Of a stretch of DNA of 46,166 nt, positions 38,466 through 46,166 are shown in pieces. The notes under the pieces are model-generated. The model worked only from the letters and a program-made list of their open reading frames with translations. It did no database searches and had not been told where the DNA came from. Position numbers and translations under genes: made by a program. Each line of letters opens with the position of its first letter. Within the stretch, counting starts at the first letter, position 1. The stretch is taken from the NCBI GenBank assembly GCA_045634285.1, contig JAZQZW010000029.1, positions 1-46,166 of the forward strand. The letters run 5' to 3'. The stretch comes from Oscillospiraceae bacterium. Lineage in GTDB: Bacteria; Bacillota; Clostridia; Oscillospirales; Ruminococcaceae.

Positions 38466-38487
38466 TTTAAAAAGGAGTGTTTTAAAA

Positions 38488-39891
38488 ATGGGACTTATTA
38501 AAGCAGTAATCGGATCAGTAGGGGGAACTCTGGCAGATACATGGAAAGAGTATATCGTGTGCGACGCTATGCCTGCAGATGTACTTGTTGTAAAGGGTAA
38601 GACACAGGGAAGCAAGCGTTCTTCAAATACTAAGGGCAGCGAAAATATTATCACTAACGGAAGCGGTATCGTTGTAGCAGACGGACAGTGCATGATTATC
38701 GTTGACAAGGGACAGATTGTTGAAATCTGTGCAGAACCTGGCGAATATACATACGATATGTCAACAGAACCAAGCCTTTTCTCAGGCAGCCTTGGTTCAA
38801 GCATTAAGGAAACATTCAAGACTATCGGCAAGAGAATTGCTCATGGCGGTGATACAGCAAACGACCAGAGAGTTTACTTCTTCAACACAAAGGAACTTGT
38901 TGACAACAAATTCGGTACACCAAATCCTGTACCTTTCAGAGTAGTGGATAACAATATCGGTCTTGACGTTGATATTACAGTAAGATGCAACGGTGTGTTC
39001 TCATACAAGATTGCAGACCCTCTTCTTTTCTATACAAATGTATGTGGTAACGTTCAGCAGGCATACACAAGAGAAGATATCGACAAGCAGTTGAAGGCAG
39101 AATTTTTAAGTGCTCTCCAGCCTGCATTTGCAAAGATTTCTGAAATGGGTATCAGATACAGCGCACTTCCTGGCCATACACTCGAACTTTGTGACGCTAT
39201 GAACCAGGTACTTTCAGGTAAGTGGAAGGATACAAGAGGTATTTCAATTGTTTCTGTTGCAATCAACTCAATCACTGCTCCTAAGGAAGATGAGGACATG
39301 ATTAAGGATTTACAGAAAACAGCTGTATTCCGTAATGCAAATATGGCAGGTGCGGCTCTTGTTGGCGCACAGGCAGAAGCTATGAAGACAGCAGCAGGTA
39401 ATGCCGGTGGTGCTATGACAGGATTTATGGGTATGAACATGGCTGCTCAGGCAGGTGGTATGAATGCTCAGAACCTCTTTGCTATGGGACAGCAGCAGCA
39501 GGCTCAGCAGATGCAGCAGCAGGCAGCTCAGCCGGCAGCAAACAGCTGGAACTGTTCATGCGGTGCGTCAAATACAGGTAAGTTCTGCATTGAATGCGGT
39601 AAGCCGATGCCAGCACCACAGGGTGCATGGACTTGCTCATGCGGTGCATCAAATACAGGTAAGTTCTGTATTGAATGCGGCAGTCCGAAACCAGCGGCAG
39701 CAGACGGCTGGAATTGTTCATGTGGTGCTGTAAACAAGGGAAAGTTCTGTATCGAATGTGGTAAGCCAAAGCCTGCAGGTGCACCTCTTTACAAGTGCGA
39801 CAAGTGTGGCTGGGAACCGGAAGACCCAACAAATCCTCCTAAGTTCTGTCCTGAATGTGCAGACCCGTTTGATGATAATGATATTAAATAA
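38488..39891 (+). CDS. SPFH/band-7 domain protein (YdjI-like) with C-terminal zinc-ribbon repeats
   Basis: IITNGSGIVVADGQCMIIV, EPGEY, RVYFFN, FGTPNPVPF; G/M/A/Q-rich linker; three W-x-CSCG-x5-KFCIECG repeats plus CDKCG...CPEC. ATG 38488 after AAGGAG. Confidence 0.88.
   Translation: MGLIKAVIGSVGGTLADTWKEYIVCDAMPADVLVVKGKTQGSKRSSNTKGSENIITNGSGIVVADGQCMIIVDKGQIVEICAEPGEYTYDMSTEPSLFSGSLGSSIKETFKTIGKRIAHGGDTANDQRVYFFNTKELVDNKFGTPNPVPFRVVDNNIGLDVDITVRCNGVFSYKIADPLLFYTNVCGNVQQAYTREDIDKQLKAEFLSALQPAFAKISEMGIRYSALPGHTLELCDAMNQVLSGKWKDTRGISIVSVAINSITAPKEDEDMIKDLQKTAVFRNANMAGAALVGAQAEAMKTAAGNAGGAMTGFMGMNMAAQAGGMNAQNLFAMGQQQQAQQMQQQAAQPAANSWNCSCGASNTGKFCIECGKPMPAPQGAWTCSCGASNTGKFCIECGSPKPAAADGWNCSCGAVNKGKFCIECGKPKPAGAPLYKCDKCGWEPEDPTNPPKFCPECADPFDDNDIK
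39547..39789 (+). repeat. Three tandem ~81-bp coding repeats (zinc ribbons)
   Basis: Units start at TGG codons 39547, 39628 and 39709. Units 1 and 2 share TCATGCGGTGC.TCAAATACAGGTAAGTTCTG.ATTGAATGCGG. Confidence 0.9.
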
Positions 39892-39905
39892 TAAAGGGGA
39901 AAATT

Positions 39906-40994
39906 ATGTCAACTTTACTTGAATATAAATGCCCGTGCTGTGGCGGTGCTGTTAGCTTTGACAGCGGCACACAGAAGATGAAATGTCCTTTCTGTGACGC
40001 TGAATTTGACGTAGAGGCACTTAAAAACGCACAGGAAGAAACTGAAAGAAATGCTCAGCCTGAACAGCAGGAGTGGGAGAGCAGCGTAGACAACCAGTGG
40101 AGCACAGAAGAATTAAACGGTATGAACGTTTATGTCTGCAATTCATGCGGCGGTGAAGTAATTGCCGAAGAGGTTACAGGGGCAACAGCATGTCCTTACT
40201 GTGACAGTCCTATCGTACTGAAATCAAGCTTTGCAGGAGATTTACGTCCTGATTATGTAATTCCGTTCAAGCTTGACAAGAAGGCTGCAAAGGAAGCTAT
40301 GTTCAATCATTTAAAGGGCAAAAAGCTTCTTCCTAAGGTTTTCAAGGACGAAAATCATATTGATGAAATCAAGGGACTTTATGTTCCGTTCTGGCTGTTT
40401 AACAGTGATACCGATTCAAGATATATTTTCAGAGCTACAAAGGTAAGACACTGGAGCGACAGCAAGTATGAATATACTGAAACATCACATTTCAATGTGT
40501 ATCGTGATGGTAAACTGAGCTTTAAGAACATTCCTGTTGATGGTTCTGAAAAGATGGCTGATGACCTTATGGAATCGGTAGAGCCTTTTGACTATGCTGA
40601 TATGAAGGAATTCAATACAGGATACCTTTCAGGATATATGGCTGATAAGTATGACGTTGAGCGTGATACATGTATAAAAAGAGCTAATGAAAGAATCAAG
40701 AACAGTACAGAAATTGCATTTAAGGATACTGTACATGGTTATACAACTGTTACAACACAGAGTTCAAATGTAAATTACTACAATGGCTCTTCAAAATATG
40801 CTCTTTTACCTGTATGGCTTCTCAATACAACATGGAAAGATCAGAAGTTTACATTTGCCATGAACGGTCAGACAGGCAAGTTTGTAGGCAATCTTCCTAT
40901 GGACTGGGGACTTTTCTGGAAGTGGTTCTTTGCAATTTTTGCGTCAGTTGGCGGTGTTGCTACTGCAATAGCACTGCTGATTAATTTAATGTAA
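39906..40994 (+). CDS. Double zinc-ribbon membrane protein (YdjG-like)
   Basis: CPCCGG...CPFCD, CNSCGG...CPYCD, PDYVIPF, YVPFWLF, LLPVW, NGQTGK, C-terminal TM helix. Confidence 0.85.
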   Translation: MSTLLEYKCPCCGGAVSFDSGTQKMKCPFCDAEFDVEALKNAQEETERNAQPEQQEWESSVDNQWSTEELNGMNVYVCNSCGGEVIAEEVTGATACPYCDSPIVLKSSFAGDLRPDYVIPFKLDKKAAKEAMFNHLKGKKLLPKVFKDENHIDEIKGLYVPFWLFNSDTDSRYIFRATKVRHWSDSKYEYTETSHFNVYRDGKLSFKNIPVDGSEKMADDLMESVEPFDYADMKEFNTGYLSGYMADKYDVERDTCIKRANERIKNSTEIAFKDTVHGYTTVTTQSSNVNYYNGSSKYALLPVWLLNTTWKDQKFTFAMNGQTGKFVGNLPMDWGLFWKWFFAIFASVGGVATAIALLINLM

Positions 40995-41007
40995 GGCGGT
41001 GAATGAA

Positions 41008-41835
41008 ATGAAGGTATTGAAAAAATTATTGATTACAGCGGCAGCAGCCGTTACTATGCTTATGCCTGTTTCATTCAGTGCGTCAGCAGAGCTTATAAAT
41101 CCTGAACTTCCAAGGGTTATTGATAATGCTGATCTGCTTTCAGACAGTGAGGAAAAAATACTTAATGACAGAATAGATGAGATTATATCAACCTATGATT
41201 TTGATGTCGTAATTCTTACAGAAGAATCTATCGGTGATTCAAGTCCGATGGCTTATGCCGATGATTACTATGATTACAACGGATATGGTGCAAATTCGGC
41301 AGGTGATGGTGTCCTTTTCCTTATCAATATGGACGAACGTGACTGGTGGGTTTCAACAAAGGGTTACGGAATTACTGTTTTCACTGATTATGGTATAGAT
41401 AAAATTGAAGAAATTGTAGTTCCTGAGCTTAGTCGTGGTACATATTTTTCAGGCTTTGAATATTTCCTGGATACAACAGAAGAGTATATCAAGGCGGCAA
41501 ATAATGGTAATCCTTACGATGTTGACAATAAATACATGACAACTGATGAAAAGTTCAAGAGTATTTTTCTTTCAATAGCTGTTGGTCTTGGTATCGGTCT
41601 TGTGACAGCTCTGATTGTTGTTCTTGTCTTCAAGTCACAGCTTAAATCAGTTCAGTTTGAATATGCCGCAAGGGAATATGAGGTTAAAAATTCATTTAAT
41701 GTTACACGTTCAAACGATGTATTCCTGTACAGAAATGTAACAAAGAGAAAGAAGCCAGAAAATAACGGCGGCGGAAGCAGTACCCACAGCAGTTCATCAG
41801 GTTCATCCCATGGTGGTGGCGGCGGAAAGTTCTGA
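41008..41835 (+). CDS. TPM-domain membrane protein (YdjH-like)
   Basis: Signal peptide, RVIDNADLLS, YADDYYD, DGVLFLINM, one TM helix, G/S-rich tail ending GGGGGKF. Confidence 0.88.
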   Translation: MKVLKKLLITAAAAVTMLMPVSFSASAELINPELPRVIDNADLLSDSEEKILNDRIDEIISTYDFDVVILTEESIGDSSPMAYADDYYDYNGYGANSAGDGVLFLINMDERDWWVSTKGYGITVFTDYGIDKIEEIVVPELSRGTYFSGFEYFLDTTEEYIKAANNGNPYDVDNKYMTTDEKFKSIFLSIAVGLGIGLVTALIVVLVFKSQLKSVQFEYAAREYEVKNSFNVTRSNDVFLYRNVTKRKKPENNGGGSSTHSSSSGSSHGGGGGKF

Positions 41836-41841
41836 TAAAAC

Positions 41842-41871
41842 AAAAAGGAAAGCCAGACGGCTTTCCTTTTT
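41842..41871. terminator. Bidirectional intrinsic terminator
   Basis: AAAAAGGAAAGCC-AGAC-GGCTTTCCTTTTT between convergent genes. Confidence 0.88.
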
Positions 41872-42694
41872 ACTTTTCTATAATCACACACCGGTTTCCC
41901 CTTGATTTGAAAACCGATTCAAACTGTTTCTTTTCGTAGGTAATAATACCTGAAAGAGGGTCGGCAATTGTAACGGTGTTTTCATCATATCCGATTAAAA
42001 CTGCACCATGGTCAAGGGTGCACCAGTCTACATAATCGCCATTTTCGGTGTACCAGCCCTCAGGCTCTGTACGGTCTTTCATTTCAATAGTTACCCATAC
42101 AGTGACGGGGGTATCTTTGCTGACAAGTCTGTACAAATCTGAAGGTTCTGAGCCTGTCATGTCAATTACCTTGCTGTCTGATTTAATGGAATGAAAATAT
42201 CTTTCAGCAGCAGTAATTATCGCCTGTGTGCCACAGATGTAACCTGTGTCGGTACTCGGGTCACCAACAAAGTATTTGTTTAAATCAGGGCCGATAAGTT
42301 TCCCTTTTTTATCACGATGAAATTCAGCATCCGTTCTTGGCAGAAAACGCATTCCCATAGCTTCCTTGCTGACTTTGTAGCCGTAGTAGTTGAGTGCCAT
42401 TGTAAATGCAGTAATCTCACAGCCTGTTGGCAGTTCAGGAAGCTGCCATATGACTTCAAAATTATCTATAAGATGTTTTTTCGGTATAGGTGGTTCGGTA
42501 GTTTCTGGCTCTGTTGCAGATATTATTTCATTAACAGTAGAACTGATATCTTGTGTATCAATGCTTATTGCAGGAATTGCAGGTGGTGTATCTTTATCGA
42601 TAAAAAGTGTTACGGGAATGATAATCATAACTGTCAGAAAAACAAGAATTATCAGATAAAATATCCATTCAAAAAAGTATTTTACATTTTTCAT
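41870..42694 (-). CDS. Membrane-anchored C39-like cysteine peptidase (YvpB-like)
   Basis: N-terminal TM, QLPELPTGCEITA (Cys), DHGAVLIGYD (His), IADP (Asp). Confidence 0.85.
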   Translation of the reverse strand: MKNVKYFFEWIFYLIILVFLTVMIIIPVTLFIDKDTPPAIPAISIDTQDISSTVNEIISATEPETTEPPIPKKHLIDNFEVIWQLPELPTGCEITAFTMALNYYGYKVSKEAMGMRFLPRTDAEFHRDKKGKLIGPDLNKYFVGDPSTDTGYICGTQAIITAAERYFHSIKSDSKVIDMTGSEPSDLYRLVSKDTPVTVWVTIEMKDRTEPEGWYTENGDYVDWCTLDHGAVLIGYDENTVTIADPLSGIITYEKKQFESVFKSRGNRCVIIEK

Positions 42695-42793
42695 AACGCT
42701 TCCTTTCCATATTTTCTTATTAATTTTATTATACGTTATTTGCCGACAAAATGCAACAATTACAGGTGATTTGTGTAAATTGTTCTTTAAATA

Positions 42794-42822
42794 TTGACTA
42801 TTTATTTCAGTAATGTTATAAT
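42794..42822 (+). promoter_or_regulatory. Sigma-A promoter
   Basis: TTGACT-17 nt-TATAAT with extended TG. Confidence 0.78.
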
Positions 42823-42871
42823 TTAAGAGAATACAAATCTAAAAATTGTATATAATAGGAGGTGTATAAAA

Positions 42872-43321
42872 TTGAGTAAAAAAGAACAGGCTATGAAGCT
42901 TTTTAAAGAGGGTTATAACTGTTCTCAGGCGGTGTTTGGTGCTTTTGCAGATGAACTTGGTCTTGACTTTGAAACGGCTGTTAAAATCTCCTCGTCATTC
43001 GGTGGGGGAATGGGCAGAATGAGAGAGGTATGTGGTGCTGTAAGTGGTATGTTTATGACAGCTGGTCTTAAGTGTGGTTATTCTTCTCCGACAGATAATC
43101 AATCCAAGACAGAACACTACAAGCTTATACAGGATCTGGCTGCTGAGTTCAGGGCTGAAAACGGCTCTATCATTTGCCGTGAGCTCCTGGGTCTTGAGGG
43201 GAAGGATAATAATTATGTACCATCTGAACGTACAAATGAATATTATAAAAAACGTCCCTGTGCTGAGCTTGTAGGACAGGCGGCAGAAATACTTGAAAAG
43301 TATTTTGAAAGGGAAAAATAA
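42872..43321 (+). CDS. C_GCAxxG_C_C family putative redox protein
   Basis: YNCSQAV, FGGGMG, VCGAVSG, ICRELLG, RPCAELV; TTG start after AGGAGG. Confidence 0.9.
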   Translation: MSKKEQAMKLFKEGYNCSQAVFGAFADELGLDFETAVKISSSFGGGMGRMREVCGAVSGMFMTAGLKCGYSSPTDNQSKTEHYKLIQDLAAEFRAENGSIICRELLGLEGKDNNYVPSERTNEYYKKRPCAELVGQAAEILEKYFEREK

Positions 43322-43382
43322 TTTTTGTCATTTTGCAACAAACAGTATACAGAATTTTTGTTTATTTCGGTAAATAAAAGCC

Positions 43383-43412
43383 TTGACGAAAAGGGATTAT
43401 TAATGATATAAT
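43383..43412 (+). promoter_or_regulatory. Sigma-A promoter of adhE
   Basis: TTGACG-18 nt-TATAAT with extended TG. Confidence 0.7.
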
Positions 43413-43416
43413 TATG

Positions 43417-43434
43417 TTGTTAAAGATTTAACGA
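43417..43434. promoter_or_regulatory. Rex operator
   Basis: TTGTTAA-AGAT-TTAACGA, one mismatch to the clostridial Rex consensus TTGTTAA-N4-TTAACAA, lying over the predicted start site of adhE. Confidence 0.8.
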
Positions 43435-43481
43435 TATAAATTTTCGACATACGAAATTATGAAATTTCAGGAGGAAATATT

Positions 43482-46112
43482 ATGGCTAAGAATGAAGAAA
43501 AAATTGTACAGCAGCCAGATGCAAAGGAGCTTGTTGACCAGCTAGTTGCCAATGCTAAAAAAGCTCTTGATGAGTACATTAAGCTTGATCAGGAGCAGAT
43601 TGATAAAATTACTAAGGCAATGGCTCTTGCAGGTCTTTCAGCTCAGATGGAACTTGCAAAAATGGCTGTTGAGGAAACAGGGCGAGGTATTTTTGAAGAT
43701 AAGGTTACAAAAAATATTTTCTCCACTGAATATATCTGGCACTCTATCAAATATGACAAGACTGTCGGTGTAATTGAAGACAATACAAACGAAGGCTACA
43801 TTGAAATTGCTGAACCTGTTGGTATTGTTGCAGGTGTAACTCCTGTTACAAACCCTACTTCAACAACAATGTTCAAGTCTATTATCTGTGCCAAGACAAG
43901 AAATCCTATTATTTTCGGTTTCCATCCGAATGCTCAGAAGTGCTCAGTAAGAGCGGCTCAGATTGTAAGAGATGCGGCTATTGAAGCGGGTGCACCTGAA
44001 AACTGTGTACAGTGGATTGAAGTTCCTTCAATTGACGCCACATCTGCTCTTATGAATCACCCTGACGTTGCTACTATTCTTGCAACAGGTGGTCCTGGAA
44101 TGGTTAAGGCTGCATATTCAGCAGGTAAGCCGGCACTTGGTGTAGGTCCTGGTAACACACCTTGTTATATTGAAAAATCAGCTAATATCAAGCAGGCAGT
44201 CAATGACCTTATTCTTTCAAAGTCATTCGATAATGGTATGATTTGTGCGTCGGAACAGGCAGCAATTATCTGTTCTGAAGTTTATGATGAAGCTGTTGAG
44301 CTTATGAAATATCATGGTTGTTATTTTGCAAAGCCTGATGAAGTTCAGAAAATTCAGGACGTTGTTATAAATGTTGAAAAGATGGCAGTTCAGCCTTGGG
44401 TTGTAGGACAGTATCCATGGCAGATTGCTGAAAAGGCAGGTATTACAATTCCTAAGGAAACAAAGGTACTCTGTGTTGAAATTGAAGGTACAGACGCTGA
44501 AAAGTATCCTCTTGCACTTGAAAAGCTTTCACCTGTTCTTGCTGTTGTAAAGGCTCCGAGCAGAAAAGACGCTTTTGATATGTGTAAGGAAATGTTAAAG
44601 CATGGTGCAGGTCATACAGCCGTTATTCATTCAACAGATGATGAGCTTATTACAAACTACGGCAAGGTTATGAGAGCAAGCAGAGTTGTTGTAAATTCCC
44701 CTGCTTCATTCGGTGCTATCGGTGATGTTTATAACTCAATGGCTCCTTCACTTACACTTGGCTGTGGTTCATACGGTAAAAACTCAGTATCAGAAAACGT
44801 ATCGGCTAAAAACCTTATCAATAAAAAGAGACTTGCAAAGAGGAGACTGAATATGCAGTGGTTTAAGGTTCCTGAAAAGATTTATTTTGAACCGGGTTCG
44901 GTACAGTATCTTGCAAAGATGCCTAAGATTAAGCGTGTAATGATTGTTACAGACCCTGGCATGATTAAGTATAATTTTATTGAAAAGGTTATTTATCAGC
45001 TCAAGAAAAATTCTTCAAAGCCGATTATTGAAGTGTTCAGCGATGTTGAACCAGACCCTGACCTTACAACGCTTGAAAAGGGTGTTGAAATGATGAACCA
45101 TTTCCAGCCTGATACAATTATTGCTCTTGGTGGTGGTTCTGCTATCGATGCTGCAAAGGGTATGTGGCTGTTCTATGAAAACCCTGACGCTGACTTTATC
45201 GGTATGGCTCAGAAGTTCATGGATATCAGAAAGAGAGTTTACAAGTTCCCTACAATGGGCAAGAAGGCTAAGCTTGTTGCTATTCCTACAACTTCAGGTA
45301 CAGGTTCTGAAGTAACTTCATTTGCTGTTATTTCAGACAAGAAGAACAACATGAAGTATCCACTTGCTGACTATGAGCTTACACCTGATATTGCAATTAT
45401 CGACCCTCAGTTTGTAATGACTCTCCCTAAGAGTTCAGTTGCATTTACAGGTCTTGACGTTCTGACACATGCTATAGAATCTTACGTTTCAACTATTGCA
45501 AATGATTATACAGACGCTATGGCTCTTCATGCTATAAAGCTTGTATTCAAGTATCTGCCGACATCATACAGTGTGGGTGATGAGCTTTCAAGAGAAAAGA
45601 TGCACAATGCTTCATGTATTGCAGGTATGGCATTTACAAATGCATTCCTCGGAATCAACCATTCACTTGCTCATAAGCTTGGTGGTGAGTTCCACATTCC
45701 TCATGGTCTTGCAAATGCATATCTTCTCCCACATGTAATCGAATACAATGGTCATTCAACACCTACAAAGTTTGCTGCATGGCCTAAGTACGATCACTAT
45801 ATGGCACCTGAAAGATACTGTGAAATTGCAAAGACACTTAATCTTGTGTCTGACAATGCCACAAATGAAGAGGGTGTAAAGGCTTTAGCAGACGCTGTAA
45901 GAAAGCTTATGACACAGGTTGGTATTCCGCTTTCAATCAAGGAAGCAGGAGAAATTGACAAGAGATCATACATTGACCCACAGGTTTATGAAAAGTCACT
46001 TGAAGACCTTGCTTACAAGGCATTTGATGACCAGTGCACAACTGCTAACCCAAGAGTTCCAAGAATTGCAGAACTTAAAAATCTTTATATGCTTGCATAT
46101 TATGGTAAATAA
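43482..46112 (+). CDS. adhE: Bifunctional acetaldehyde-CoA/alcohol dehydrogenase
   Basis: ALDH domain ([24 protein letters not shown]), linker [10 protein letters not shown], Fe-ADH domain ([30 protein letters not shown]). Confidence 0.98.
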   Translation: MAKNEEKIVQQPDAKELVDQLVANAKKALDEYIKLDQEQIDKITKAMALAGLSAQMELAKMAVEETGRGIFEDKVTKNIFSTEYIWHSIKYDKTVGVIEDNTNEGYIEIAEPVGIVAGVTPVTNPTSTTMFKSIICAKTRNPIIFGFHPNAQKCSVRAAQIVRDAAIEAGAPENCVQWIEVPSIDATSALMNHPDVATILATGGPGMVKAAYSAGKPALGVGPGNTPCYIEKSANIKQAVNDLILSKSFDNGMICASEQAAIICSEVYDEAVELMKYHGCYFAKPDEVQKIQDVVINVEKMAVQPWVVGQYPWQIAEKAGITIPKETKVLCVEIEGTDAEKYPLALEKLSPVLAVVKAPSRKDAFDMCKEMLKHGAGHTAVIHSTDDELITNYGKVMRASRVVVNSPASFGAIGDVYNSMAPSLTLGCGSYGKNSVSENVSAKNLINKKRLAKRRLNMQWFKVPEKIYFEPGSVQYLAKMPKIKRVMIVTDPGMIKYNFIEKVIYQLKKNSSKPIIEVFSDVEPDPDLTTLEKGVEMMNHFQPDTIIALGGGSAIDAAKGMWLFYENPDADFIGMAQKFMDIRKRVYKFPTMGKKAKLVAIPTTSGTGSEVTSFAVISDKKNNMKYPLADYELTPDIAIIDPQFVMTLPKSSVAFTGLDVLTHAIESYVSTIANDYTDAMALHAIKLVFKYLPTSYSVGDELSREKMHNASCIAGMAFTNAFLGINHSLAHKLGGEFHIPHGLANAYLLPHVIEYNGHSTPTKFAAWPKYDHYMAPERYCEIAKTLNLVSDNATNEEGVKALADAVRKLMTQVGIPLSIKEAGEIDKRSYIDPQVYEKSLEDLAYKAFDDQCTTANPRVPRIAELKNLYMLAYYGK

Positions 46113-46149
46113 AAAATTAAGACCGTCCGAAAGGGCGGTCTTAATTTTT
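46112..46149 (+). terminator. Intrinsic terminator of adhE
   Basis: AAAAATTAAGACCGTCC-GAAA-GGGCGGTCTTAATTTTT. Confidence 0.9.
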
Positions 46150-46166
46150 CGAAAAGCTATTATACA

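Noticed and set aside
39547-39789. 81-bp repeats as CRISPR or a diversity-generating retroelement TR/VR pair
   Set aside because: The repeats are in frame and mostly differ at synonymous sites, not specifically at adenines; no reverse transcriptase is present.
38488-39891. Viral origin suggested by the 'virion core protein' label often given to this family
   Set aside because: It is an SPFH-family cellular protein with host-like codon usage and no phage genes nearby.
41870-42694. C39-like peptidase as part of a bacteriocin export system
   Set aside because: Stand-alone and membrane-anchored, with no fused ABC domain and no double-glycine precursor nearby.

Overview
Low-GC chromosomal window from an anaerobic Firmicute, most likely a Ruminococcus-like member of the Oscillospiraceae. 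The evidence is a dockerin-bearing secreted protein, a split transketolase, adhE, a clostridial SpoIIQ-like M23 protein and the gene order. It is mostly core genome. On the minus strand lie a heterodimeric ABC exporter pair, a dockerin protein, the rnj-gdpP-rplI-dnaB-tilS-ftsH block (no hpt) and an alanine/glycine symporter. On the plus strand lie a ydbS/ydbT-like pair, mtnN-miaB-ylbF/ymcA, mutS-(orphan membrane gene)-mutL-miaA-hfq-(HlyD-like)-yggS-sepF-ylmH-divIVA-ileS, lspA-rluA/D-cof-lipoprotein-transketolase N/C, an SPFH/Zn-ribbon/TPM operon (ydjI-ydjG-ydjH-like, no pspA), a C_GCAxxG_C_C protein and adhE with a Rex box. A C39-like peptidase sits on the minus strand near the right end. I saw no rRNA, tRNA, CRISPR array, transposase, integrase or phage gene. 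The main unexplained features are: (1) a ~330-nt structured leader with ACAAAAG-type repeats before RNase J; (2) a ~194-bp element bounded by inverted repeats and holding an inverted pair of REP-like palindromes; (3) the pspA-less SPFH operon with three 81-bp zinc-ribbon repeats; (4) a 22-codon ORF and an ECF-like promoter before the dockerin gene; (5) an orphan membrane-fusion-like gene inside the division cluster. All calls come from reading motifs by eye; no database search was run.
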